Shown here piece by piece: positions 20,250 through 31,000 of a DNA stretch of 64,000 nucleotides (the first letter of the stretch is position 1; each line of letters starts with the position of its first letter). The DNA is taken from assembly GCA_043821645.1 (NCBI GenBank), contig JBDRCO010000031.1:1-64000 (forward strand), given 5' to 3'. A model generated the notes under the pieces. The model did no database searches. It saw only the letters and a list, made by a program, of their open reading frames with translations, and had not been told where the DNA came from. The position numbers were made by a program, and so were the translations under genes. The stretch comes from Pseudomonadota bacterium. Its GTDB lineage: Bacteria; Myxococcota; JACRCW01; JAFGSX01.

Positions 20250-23031
20250 ACGAGCGACGGCGGAACAGCAGCAGCCCCAGGGCTAGAAGAGGTAGCAGAC
20301 CCGCGGGCGAGCTGCCCTGGCAGCTACAGCCGTCGACGGCGGTGTGGTTGCCGCTGCCATCGTCCCCTGGAGCGGTCACCGGGTCCGGGTTGTGCGGGTC
20401 CACCGTCGGTGTGACGCTGCCTTCGACCATCTCGTAGACGCACACGTCGTCGATGTTCCAGCCTCCGAACTCCAGGCCCTGATCGCTCTCCAGCTCCCAG
20501 CGCACGCGCACATCCGGCCGTCCGCCGGCCACCTCGCTGATATCGACATCGAACAGGATCCACTCGTTGTCCAGGTGATGGGTCTGCCCATCCGCGGCCG
20601 CGTTGGACCAGACCTCGCGATCGTTGACCATGACGCGGGCGTGGTCGTACACCCCGTCCTCGACCTGCAACCAGCGTCGGAACTGCAGTCTGGCCCTGGG
20701 TTTGCCCGTCAGATCGATGGCCGGGCTGCTCAACGCGGTCTTCTTGCTCGACTGGTACTGGCCGTTCCAGCTGTCCTGCAGCGCCAGGTCGTTGCCCCAC
20801 ACCATGTCGCCACTGAAGGCGCGGTCGGGGTCGCCCCCAAGTCCCGTGGGTGTGGCGCGCTGCCAGTCGTCGGCCCCCTCGACCATGGTGCCTGCGAGCA
20901 GTTCATGGGTCCAGCCCAGGTCCTCGCCGTCGAGGTTGTCGCAGAACACCGGCTGTAGCTCGCCGACGTAGACGAAGTACCAGGGCTCGGAGCGGTTGTT
21001 GGGTTGTGCGACCTGGGTCCCTGAGGTCAGGTCGCGCGCCTCGATGCGGTAGCGGATCTGGGTGCCCTGGCTCATGGCCGGCAGCTCGACGCGGTACTGC
21101 CCACTGCCCTGACTGTGCATGTCCGCATACTGCAGTGCGCTGCCTCCGTCGGTGCTGTACACCAGCCGCACGGTGCCGATCTGGGCGTCGGAACAGTCCG
21201 CGTTACCCACGGCCACCTGAGCCTCGAAGGGGATCGGCTGCCCCGCGGCCGCCTGCGTCCGCTGCTCGTGCGCGATGCGCAGCAGGCCGAGACGGGCGCT
21301 CGACAGGCCGTGCTGCGAGAAGGCCTGGTCGATGGCACAGACGTTGGGCGTGCCATCGTCCAGATTGCCGTTATCGTCGTCCACCAGCAAGGCAGCCTCG
21401 TACAGCGACGGCACGTCCGTGGTCACCCGCATGACCGCATAGAACAGATCCCGCGTGGCGTCCGCACCAGCCTGCTCGCCCAGCCGCTGCATCATCTGCG
21501 TGCGCAGATCCCACAGTGCGCCACCGACGATGAGGCCGGTCTCGTGCTCGTCAAAGCTTTCGTCCGCAGGCCATACCTTGTCGGGCTCGAGGTCGCGCAG
21601 GGGCTCGCCACCCACCACCATGTAGGGTGCCAGCAGGTGGTCACCGGTGATGGTGGCGCCATTGAAGTCTGCAAAACCCTCGCTGACGGCTGAGTCCATG
21701 CCGCCGACGCCACCGGTGACGCTGGCGTAGTGCAGGCCGTGGCCGTACTCGTGGTAGACGATGTCGCCCACCATGGCCGTGTTGTTGCAGTCCCAGCCAG
21801 AAACCGAACCGGCGGTCAGAAAGCTGAGCTCGCCGTCGAACCAGGCATTGCATGCGACCAGCTCGCTATCGGCGATGTTCACGTTGACCTTCAGGGTCTC
21901 GTCCAGCCACCCGTTGTCGTCGACGCGGCTGCGCACGAAGTCCCGGACCTCGCTGGTGAACGCGAAGGCGTCGAGCTGTGCCAGGTTGAACTCACCCTGG
22001 TCGCTCTGCCATAGCAGGGTCTGACCGTCCTGCACGTTGTCGAACTGCGCGCTCAGGGCGCTCCCCGAGAAGTTGAGCACCCGGACATGGGGGCCGCGCA
22101 GCCCCAGGGTGGCCGTGCTGCCTGTTGCTCCCAGGTCAAAGGCTCCGCCCCCGTCCGTGGTGCCACTGGTGGTGCCCACGGTCAGGTTCATGTTGCTGGC
22201 CGGGCTATTGATGAAACCGGTTCCCGGATGCCGCTGGTGGTGCTCGAGGTCGACGTGACCGGACACGAACAGCCTCTCGTCGCGCAACGCGAGCAACGCG
22301 CCCTTGTGCGCGTCCACGTAGGCGGTCCAGCGACCGAGGCCCGAAGCCTTGAGTTCCGTCGTGTAGACCAGGGCCAGCCTTGTGTTGCCCCGCTCGAGCA
22401 GTGGGAACACCGCGAGCTCGGGCTGGCTGGCGTGCAGGTCGAGCCCGCGCTGTTGCAGGGCGAGCTCGGCGACCTGGCGGGCGCGCGCAGGGTCGATACC
22501 CGGCCTGGTGTCCAGGGGGCTCGCGGGGAAGGCGCGCACGCCCACCATGACCAGCCGGCTGTTCTTGATCGCGACGTACACGCTGGCGCCGAGCACGGGG
22601 ACGCCTCCCACCAGCTGGTGGTGGCTGACCAGGCGAGTGCCATGGGTCAGGACATTGGACCACGGCGTCAGATCCGATGGAGTGACGCCCGCAGGGAGCA
22701 TGCTGGCGTTTTCTTCCCAGAAGCGGCGCACCGCGCGCTCGGCCACCGCGGGATCGCGCATGGCACGCGGGTCGACCTCGACGCCACGTCCCCAGATCTG
22801 GCGGAACAGGCCCATCGGCGCCGCACGGCGCACCATCCAGGTCTCGGTATCAAAGGCGACCTTCTGCCGCAGGGCCGGTTCGTGGCTGCTCATCGCCCTG
22901 GGCGAATGACTCGCGATCCACTCCGTTCCCGCAGGCGTGAACTCCACCCGGGCGGGCTGCCGTGGTGAAGCCGCGAAGCCCAGCATGCTGACGGTGAGTC
23001 CGGCGACGAGAACGATGGCGCGGTGTGCCAA
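20143..23031 (-). CDS. Secreted zinc metallopeptidase (M4/M36-like: FTP/PepSY-like prodomain, HExxH) with MYXO-CTERM-like tail
   Basis: TTG start behind GGAGG, signal peptide, YVDAHKGALL, CNAWFD, VYHEYGH, SEGFAD, GWNIDDV, and GCSC...LLPLLALGLLLFRRR. Confidence 0.8.
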   Translation of the reverse strand: MAHRAIVLVAGLTVSMLGFAASPRQPARVEFTPAGTEWIASHSPRAMSSHEPALRQKVAFDTETWMVRRAAPMGLFRQIWGRGVEVDPRAMRDPAVAERAVRRFWEENASMLPAGVTPSDLTPWSNVLTHGTRLVSHHQLVGGVPVLGASVYVAIKNSRLVMVGVRAFPASPLDTRPGIDPARARQVAELALQQRGLDLHASQPELAVFPLLERGNTRLALVYTTELKASGLGRWTAYVDAHKGALLALRDERLFVSGHVDLEHHQRHPGTGFINSPASNMNLTVGTTSGTTDGGGAFDLGATGSTATLGLRGPHVRVLNFSGSALSAQFDNVQDGQTLLWQSDQGEFNLAQLDAFAFTSEVRDFVRSRVDDNGWLDETLKVNVNIADSELVACNAWFDGELSFLTAGSVSGWDCNNTAMVGDIVYHEYGHGLHYASVTGGVGGMDSAVSEGFADFNGATITGDHLLAPYMVVGGEPLRDLEPDKVWPADESFDEHETGLIVGGALWDLRTQMMQRLGEQAGADATRDLFYAVMRVTTDVPSLYEAALLVDDDNGNLDDGTPNVCAIDQAFSQHGLSSARLGLLRIAHEQRTQAAAGQPIPFEAQVAVGNADCSDAQIGTVRLVYSTDGGSALQYADMHSQGSGQYRVELPAMSQGTQIRYRIEARDLTSGTQVAQPNNRSEPWYFVYVGELQPVFCDNLDGEDLGWTHELLAGTMVEGADDWQRATPTGLGGDPDRAFSGDMVWGNDLALQDSWNGQYQSSKKTALSSPAIDLTGKPRARLQFRRWLQVEDGVYDHARVMVNDREVWSNAAADGQTHHLDNEWILFDVDISEVAGGRPDVRVRWELESDQGLEFGGWNIDDVCVYEMVEGSVTPTVDPHNPDPVTAPGDDGSGNHTAVDGCSCQGSSPAGLLPLLALGLLLFRRRSFRKLAYRQAARRPSRALASRDIPSRASAHPTPCDR

Positions 23032-23348
23032 GGCAACCTCCGTGGGGCTTGGCCGCCAGCTCAGCAAGTTCTGTTCCCCCATCCAGTCAGGTGGGTGAAA
23101 GTGGTGACAGTACGCATATGAACCGACCCGGATGGGCGACCGCGTGGGCTGTTGAGAGGTGGCGGATTTCGGCCAGGGCGCGAGGATTTCAGCCATCCTT
23201 CATGTGGGGAGATGTCGCACCTGATGCCGCAGGTGGCTGCTGGTGATACGTAGGGTGCCTGACCAGGCCTGCCGTGCGAGAGGTGCCCCGAGGCGACAGC
23301 GGGTGCCGGGGAGAGCGCTGCGGACCATCGCAACATGGAAGGGTAGTG

Positions 23349-24761
23349 ATGAACACGGACCTCGAGCAACGCGACGTCGACGTGGTGGTCATCGGCAGTG
23401 GACCGGGTGGTGAAGGCGCGGCCATGCAATCGAGCAAGCTCGGCCGCTCGGTGGTGGTGGTCGAGCGCTTTGCCCAGGTCGGCGGCGGCTGCACGCACTG
23501 GGGCACCATCCCGAGCAAGGCGCTGCGCCACGCGATCCAGGAGCTCACCACCTTCCAGCGCAATCCGCTGTTCCGCGAGGCCGCGCGCGCATCCATGCGC
23601 GAGGTCCCGGCTCTGCTGCGCTCGGCAGCCAACGTGATCCAGCAGCAGGTGGACATGCGGCAGAGCTTCTACGAGCGCAACCACGTCGATGTTCTCGGCG
23701 GGCAGGCGCGCTTCGTGGATCCGCACAGGGTCGAGGTCGAGCGCCCCGACGGCCAGCGGCTACTCCTGCGCGCCCAGCAGGTGGTCATCGCCACCGGTTC
23801 GCGACCCTACCGTCCGCCCGACGTGGACTTCTCGCATCCCTGTGTGTTCGACGCCGACACCATCCTCAAGCTCGACCACACGCCGCAGAACCTTCTGGTC
23901 TACGGCGCCGGGGTGATCGGCTGCGAGTACGCGTCGATGTTTCGCAACCTCGGCATCAAGGTCAACCTGATCAACACCCGTAGCCACCTGCTGTCCTTTC
24001 TCGACGACGAGATCGTGGATGCCCTGGCCTACCACCTGCGCGAGCAGGGCGTGCTGGTGCGCCACGACGAGGAATGTGCGCGCATCGAGGCTGTGGCCGA
24101 CGACGCCGTGGTGATGCACCTGAAGAGCGGCAAGCAGATCAAGGTCGACGCGCTGCTGTGGGCCAATGGTCGGACCGGTAACTCCAACGATCTCGGCCTT
24201 GGTGCCATCGGCCTCACCACCGATCAGCGCGGCAACCTGAGTGTCGACGAGCACTACCGCACGGCAGTACCCCACATCTATGCGGTGGGCGATGTCATCG
24301 GTCCGCCGGCACTGGCCAGTGCGGCCTACGATCAGGGACGCTTTGCCGCGCGCCACATGGTCAACCCCGAGTGCGATCACACACTGGTCGAGCTGGTGCC
24401 GACCGGCATCTACACCAGCCCCGAGATCAGCAGCGTCGGTCGCACCGAGCGCGAACTCACCGAGGCCAAGGTTCCCTACGAGCTTGGCCACTCCCTGTTC
24501 AAGAGTCTGGCGCGGGCACAGATCACGGGCCAGACCGTCGGCGTGCTGAAGCTGCTGTTCCATCGCAAGACACTCGAGATCTTGGGCGTTCACTGCTTCG
24601 GCCACCAGGCTGCCGAGATCGTGCACATCGGCCAGGCCATCATGGCCCAGGCTGGCCGTGCCAACTCATTGGAGTACTTCGTCAACGCGACCTTCAACTA
24701 TCCCACCATGGCCGAGGCCTACCGCGTGGCGGCGCTCAACGGACTGAACCGGCTGTTCTGA
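23349..24761 (+). CDS. sthA: Soluble pyridine nucleotide transhydrogenase
   Basis: [35 protein letters not shown], and terminal [23 protein letters not shown]. Confidence 0.95.
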   Translation: MNTDLEQRDVDVVVIGSGPGGEGAAMQSSKLGRSVVVVERFAQVGGGCTHWGTIPSKALRHAIQELTTFQRNPLFREAARASMREVPALLRSAANVIQQQVDMRQSFYERNHVDVLGGQARFVDPHRVEVERPDGQRLLLRAQQVVIATGSRPYRPPDVDFSHPCVFDADTILKLDHTPQNLLVYGAGVIGCEYASMFRNLGIKVNLINTRSHLLSFLDDEIVDALAYHLREQGVLVRHDEECARIEAVADDAVVMHLKSGKQIKVDALLWANGRTGNSNDLGLGAIGLTTDQRGNLSVDEHYRTAVPHIYAVGDVIGPPALASAAYDQGRFAARHMVNPECDHTLVELVPTGIYTSPEISSVGRTERELTEAKVPYELGHSLFKSLARAQITGQTVGVLKLLFHRKTLEILGVHCFGHQAAEIVHIGQAIMAQAGRANSLEYFVNATFNYPTMAEAYRVAALNGLNRLF

Positions 24762-25025
24762 GCCCACTGGCGGACACTCCAATCCCTTTCCCGACGAGGG
24801 ATGCTGGAGAATCTCTGGCTTGCAGGGGACACAGAGCTGCTGGTCCCAGGGTGACCCGTGGCGCGGTCGCCGGGGGTTTCACCTTGGGTGTGTCTTCGCT
24901 AGTATGCCGGGTGCATTACCGAGCTGCCTGACGCGTTGAGAGTGCGCGATGCTGGGACGAGCCACCGAGGTCTCGTGACCGCGAGCACACTCCCTGAGCG
25001 GGTCAGTGTCAGAGGGAGGACTCAC

Positions 25026-28000
25026 ATGCACCGCCTCGCACGCATCCTGGGAACTGCACTCGTGCTCGTGCTCGTGCCGCCCGGACTTCACGCCGGGAGC
25101 ATTGCCTACCAGTACGACGCCACAGGCCGCTTGCAGCGAGCAGATTACGGCAACGGGCGTTCGATCGTGTTCAGCTACGATCTCAATGGCAACCTGGTGC
25201 GGCGGCAGGTCGTGGTGCCGGCGCCGGACGCGGGCACGACACCGGATGGCGCGGTGGTCGGTGATTCGGGGAGCACAACCGATGCCGGTGCCACCCTGGA
25301 TGCAGCGATGCTCGTGGATGCCACGCTGCTATCGGACGGGTCAGCCCTTGTTGATGCGGCCGCCGTCGTGGACGCCACGGCTGCTTCCGACTCCGGTACA
25401 ACTGCCGATGTGTCCACGAGTGTCGACACCGGCCAGAGGCCGGACGCCGCCGGCACAACCGACCTTGGACAGGCCGACAGGGTGTCGCCGGCGGATTCCG
25501 CCGCCGCGCTGGATCGCTGGACGACAGCCGATGTGTCGTCTCCCGTCGATGCCATCGTGGTGGCGACGGACTCGGCAGGGCCCGCAACCGGTGACGACGA
25601 CGATGACGATGCCAAGGTGGCGGCGGATGGCTGTGGCTGCACCGCTCAGCGATCCGGGGGAATGCACACTGGCATCTTCGGTCTCGCGCTGTGTGCCTTG
25701 CTGGTGCGGAGACGCCGCACGCGGCTCTTTCGCCTCGCCCAGCGTCCTGGAGCGATCCTCGTCGCCATCCTCGCGCTGGCCCCCGCGGCACGCGCCCAGC
25801 TCGTGGTGCCCGATCAGTACCCAACGATCCAGGCCGCCATCGACGCGGGCACCGGAGTTGCTCACGTCCTGGTCAAGGCCGGCACCTACGACCCGTTCTC
25901 GGTGAGCGGCCCGGGCCACCCCAATCTGACGGGACTCATCATCGAGGGCGAGGACGGCGTGATCGTGCAGGGCTCGACCACCTACACCGTCAATGCGAGC
26001 CAGTTTCCCCTGGTTCAGCTGCTCAAGCTGGACCTCTCCGGTGGTACCTTTCGCGTCGTCAACTTCGACCGTGTGGGCGTCGTCACCATGGAGGACTGCA
26101 CCGTCCACGACAGCCCCGGTGAGGGTATCGGGGTGTACGACTCCGATACCGTGCTGCTGGACCACGTCAGCGTGCGCAACACCCATCGGTACAACAACGG
26201 CTACGCCGTCAGCATGAACCCCGTGGGCAATGTCATCGTCGTCGGCGGTGAGTACTCGGACAACACTCCGTCCTCGGCCACGGCGTACTACGGTGGCCTG
26301 GGAATCACCCACGGAACTGGCGGCAGCACCGCGGTGTCGGGGGCTCATTTTCACAACAACAAGGACACCGGGCTCTACGTCACTTCGGCCATCTCGGTGG
26401 CCGTCCATGCCGTCGAGGCCAGCGGGAATGGGGGCTCGGGCGTCCTGCTCGTTGCCAGGGATCGCGTCGACGTCACCAGCACGGTGGCGAGCGGGAACGG
26501 AGATAACGGAGTGTCGGCCCAGGCCGACGTGGTGGTCGTCGACGATGTCGAGGTCATGCAGAACTCGGGTGCCGCGCTCGAGGTCAGCCTGCCCACGGGC
26601 ACGCCAGGCGTCATCAGCGTGCACATGCTCGACGCCCACGACAACTTCAGCTCCGGCGCCTGGTTGAGCGCGGCCTACGGCACGATCATCGTCGAGAATT
26701 CCGTGGTGCAGGACAACGTCGGGACCCACCCCGGTGTCTACCTGACCCGTTTTGTCGAGGCCACGGTCAGCGGACTTCAGGTTCTTGGCAACGAGAACAC
26801 GAGCGGCGGCGGCGGTGGCATGTTTGCAGATCCCTCCACCAACGATGCGGTCCTGCATGTCGAGACCAGCTTGTTCGAGGACAACGTGACGGCCTCCGGC
26901 GGTGGCGGCTTGATGTGGGAGGCCAGGCCGCGCAGCAGGCTGGCCGTGTGCGACACGGTGTTCCGTCACAACTCGACCGGGACCAACGGCGGTGGCATCT
27001 ACTCGAGCACCACCAACCTGGCCCTGAACAGCTCGAGCATCGCCCTCGCCGACGTGGACTTCGAGAACAACCAGGGCAACAGCGGCGCGGCCTTGTTCGC
27101 CACCCGCTCCTGCTTCACCGAGCTGCAGGGTGGATCGGTGACAGGCCACACCGAGAACCCGTCCACTGCCAACTCCTCGGCGCTGTGGTTTGACACACCC
27201 GCGCGGGTGTCAGGGGTGTCCATACAGGGCAACAGCACGGACTTCGATCTCGAGGTCGGCGCCAAGCCCTCGTCGGCAGTGGATGACTATGACCTCGACG
27301 CCGAGGGCAACTGGTGGGGTACGACGGATCTGGCTCAGATCGCGGCGCGCATTCGCGATCGCGCTGACCTGTCGAACCGCATGCGCGCGCGCTACGTGCA
27401 GCCATTGGGCGCGGCGCCGGCAGCGATGGGCGAGGGTTGTCACCTGGTGAGCTGCCTGGGCGCACGCATGCCCCTGCCCGTGGCCCGCGATCGCGGTCTG
27501 CAGCCGTCGGTGGGCGATCCCGTCGACGCGGCCACCGGGGAGCTCCTGCTCGAGGAGACAGATCTCGCCTTTGACGGACCCTTGCCCCTGGTCTGGGTGC
27601 GCCACCACCGCACCTGGCTCGACCTCGACGCTCTCGCCGATGGGCCCCTGGGCAATGGCTGGCGCCACGGCTTCGAATACCAGCTCAATGTGCAGGGTGC
27701 GGTGGCCGTTCTCACCACACCGCGTGGTCAGATCTACCGTTTCATCGAGCGTGACGATGGCAGCTGGACCCTTCCCGACACCGAGCCCGAACCCCTGGAC
27801 CTCTATCTGCTGTCGGATGGCACCCTGGTGGTCGACCCCCTGTCTGGACAGGTGCAGCGCTTCGATGCCGCGGGAGCCTTGGTCTCGGTCGAGGACCGCA
27901 GTGGCAATGCTCTCACCCTGGAGTACACCAGCGGCACCCTGACCCACGTCGAGGATGGCCGCGGTCATCGCATAGACCTGGAGTACAGCGCAGGTGCCCT

Positions 28001-31000
28001 GACCCGGCTCGTTGCCAGCGACGGTCGCGAGGTTCTGTACGACGTGGTCGGCAACAACCTGGTCGGCGTCACCGATGCCGAGGGTGGGCTCACCCAGTAT
28101 GCCTACGACAACTCCGGTCTGCTCACGCGGATCACCTCGACCACCCGTCCCGACGGCGTGGTGGCCTGGACCCAGACCTTCAACAGCCTGGGCCGGGTCA
28201 CCCAGCAGCGCGATGGCGAGAACAGGCTGACCACCATCGGCTACAACACGCCGTCAAGCGGGATCACACGCGTCACCGATGCGGCCTCGGCGCGCACTCA
28301 CCTGACGCACCTCGAGGAGCGCGCGCTGACCCTGCACGCCAATCCAGCGGGTGACGCGGTGACCCTGAGTCACGACCTGAGCTGGCGCCTGGTCCAGATC
28401 ACGGATCGGATGGGTACCACGTCCACCGTGAGCTACGACGCGACACGCCGTGTGCCTGCGACCTTGAGCGGACCCAATGGCGGCACCGTGCAGCTCCAGT
28501 ACCAGGATCAGGTGCAGAACATTGCAGGTGTCGACCTGCGCTTCACGTCTCCCTCGCGCATCGACTACCCCGACGGTACCCACGTCTCGCTCACCCGCGA
28601 CGCCGTGGGCCGGGTCACTGGCCTGGTGGACCGCACTGGAGAGACCTGGACCCTGAGCTACAACAGCCGTGGTCAGATCGCGCAGGTCGACGATCCCGCA
28701 GGCCTCAGCGAGAGTTACACCTATGACACCGATGGCAACCTGACCGAGGTCAACGGAGCCTCGACCTGGACCCACGACGCGGCCGGACGCGTGACCCGCA
28801 TCGCCCATGACGACGGAGCACAGGTCGACCTCGAGTACGACGCCCTCGACCGGTTGACGCGAGTCGTCGACATAGACGGACGCTGGGTCGAACTGGCCTA
28901 CGATGCCGCAGGCGAACTCGTCGGTGTCAGCGATACCACGGGTCACGGTCTGGGCGTGACGCGCGATGCTTCGGGCAAGGTGATGGCCATCGTCGATCGC
29001 GCAGGTCGCAGCGTTGACGTGACGCGCGACGCCGTCGGCCGCGTGGCGACGCTCACCGATGCAGCCGGCACCACCTGGCAGCTCACCCGCAATAGCAATG
29101 GCGCGATCACGGAGGTCACCGACAGCAGTGGCCAGGTCTGGGCCCTGGGTCGCGATGCCGAAGGACGCGTGGTAGGGGTCGACACTCCCCTGGGTCGCCA
29201 CTACGAACTCGGTCTCGACCTGGCAGGTTCTCTGCGCAGCGTGAGCGGACCGCGCGGGCATCTGCTCAGCATCGCACGCGACGCCCTGGGCCAGGTCGAG
29301 AGCCTGCTCGCGCCCGACGGCATGCGTGTGGCGTACACGCGCCAGGGAGGCCTGATCACGCAGGCGCTGGCCGACAGCGGTGAGAGCCTGCTGCTGGTTC
29401 ACGACGCTGCGCAGCGCCTGGCTCAGCTCATCGATCCCCTGGGCTCGAGCTGGGGCTTCGAGCTGCGCGATCTGGGGGGCAGCCTGCGCTCGACCGACCC
29501 CCTCGGGCGGAGCCGCGACCTGGTGTTCAACGCGCGCGGACAGGTCGAGAGCATCCTGTTCGCCGACGCGGCCCAGGCCAACCTCAGCTATGACCATGCC
29601 GGGCGGCTCGCGCACTGGCAGAGCAGCGACGGCAGCGACCTGACCCTGGCTTACGACGACCTGGGCCGCCTGACCCAGGCTGGTGACCTGAGCCTGAGCT
29701 ACAACGCCGTGGGCCAGCCCCTGGCGCGCACGCACCAGGGTGTGACCGTGCTGGCGGGCTACGACGACGGTCGACGTCTCGAGAGTCTCGACGTCGGTGG
29801 TGTGCTGACCGTGACCTACACCTACGACACCCAGGACAGGCTCGTCAGCGTGAGCGACGACCTTGGCGGTGCCAGCATGGGCTTCGAGTACGACGACGAC
29901 GGCCGCCTGGTGCGGGAGACGCGCAGCAACGGTGTGGCCACGGACTGGAGCTGGGACACCGGCTCGCGCCTGCTGTCCCTGGTGCACGGCAGTCTCGCGA
30001 CCCTGGCTTACGCCTACGACGAAGTGGGGCGCGTGACCGGGGTCGACGTCAGCGCACCGCTTGACGCGGAGCCGTCTTTGGTTGCCGACGATGCGACCTG
30101 GTCCCACGACGCCGCTTCCCAGATCGTGCACAGCAGCTACGGCAGTGACGCCCGCGGTCGCGCCGTGCTCGTCGACGATGTCGCCATCGCCTACGACGAT
30201 GCGGACCTGGCCACGCACCTCGGCAGCGTCGAGTTGGTGCACGATGCCCTGGGCAATCTGGTCGAGCGCGTCGACGGTGCCGTGCGCGTGCACCTGCTCA
30301 CCCACCCGGCGCTCGGGCTGCACAGCGTGGTTGCCGAGCGCGATGCGGACACCGGACTATGGCTACGGTTCTACGTGCTGACGCCGGGGGGCAGGCTGCT
30401 GTACTCGGTGTCGCCCCTGGGGGAGGTGCGCTTCTACCACGGCGATCGTTCGGGTCACGTGCTGCTGCTCAGCGACGGCGCGGGCGCGGTCAGCGACGCC
30501 TATGCTTACAGCCCCTACGGTCGCCTGCTCGGCCACGTGGGCAGCAGCGACCAGCCCTATACCTACGCGGGCCTCTACGGCGGCCGCCGTGCCGGGGTGG
30601 GCGAGCTGTATCACATGGGGGATCGCCTGTACGACGCAGCCAGCGGTCGTTTCCTCACCCGCGACGCCATCTGGCCAGGACCTGCGCTGCCGTGGGCGGT
30701 CAACCCCTATTCCTACGCCTATTGCGACCCGATCCGTCTCGTCGACACTCGAGGAACCTCGGCGGTGGATCCGGCCTCGCCAGACCGCGCGACGCCCCTG
30801 GAGCTGATGGCCTCGCAGGCGCCTGGGCTGGAACCTGCCGCCAGCGACATGCTCGACGAGCTGGCCGGTGACAACGCGTCGCTGCGCAAGTGGCTGCGAG
30901 CGAACCCCGGACTCGCCGACCTGCTGGCGCCTGCGGACTGTCCGAGTTGCCGCAAGGCGCTGTCCGTCGCGCCCGGGCTCAAGCCCGTGCCCACGAGCCT

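Noticed and set aside
27900-30400. Repetitive DNA as a CRISPR or DGR-like array
   Set aside because: Degenerate protein-level YD repeats, with no identical spaced repeats and no cas or reverse transcriptase gene.
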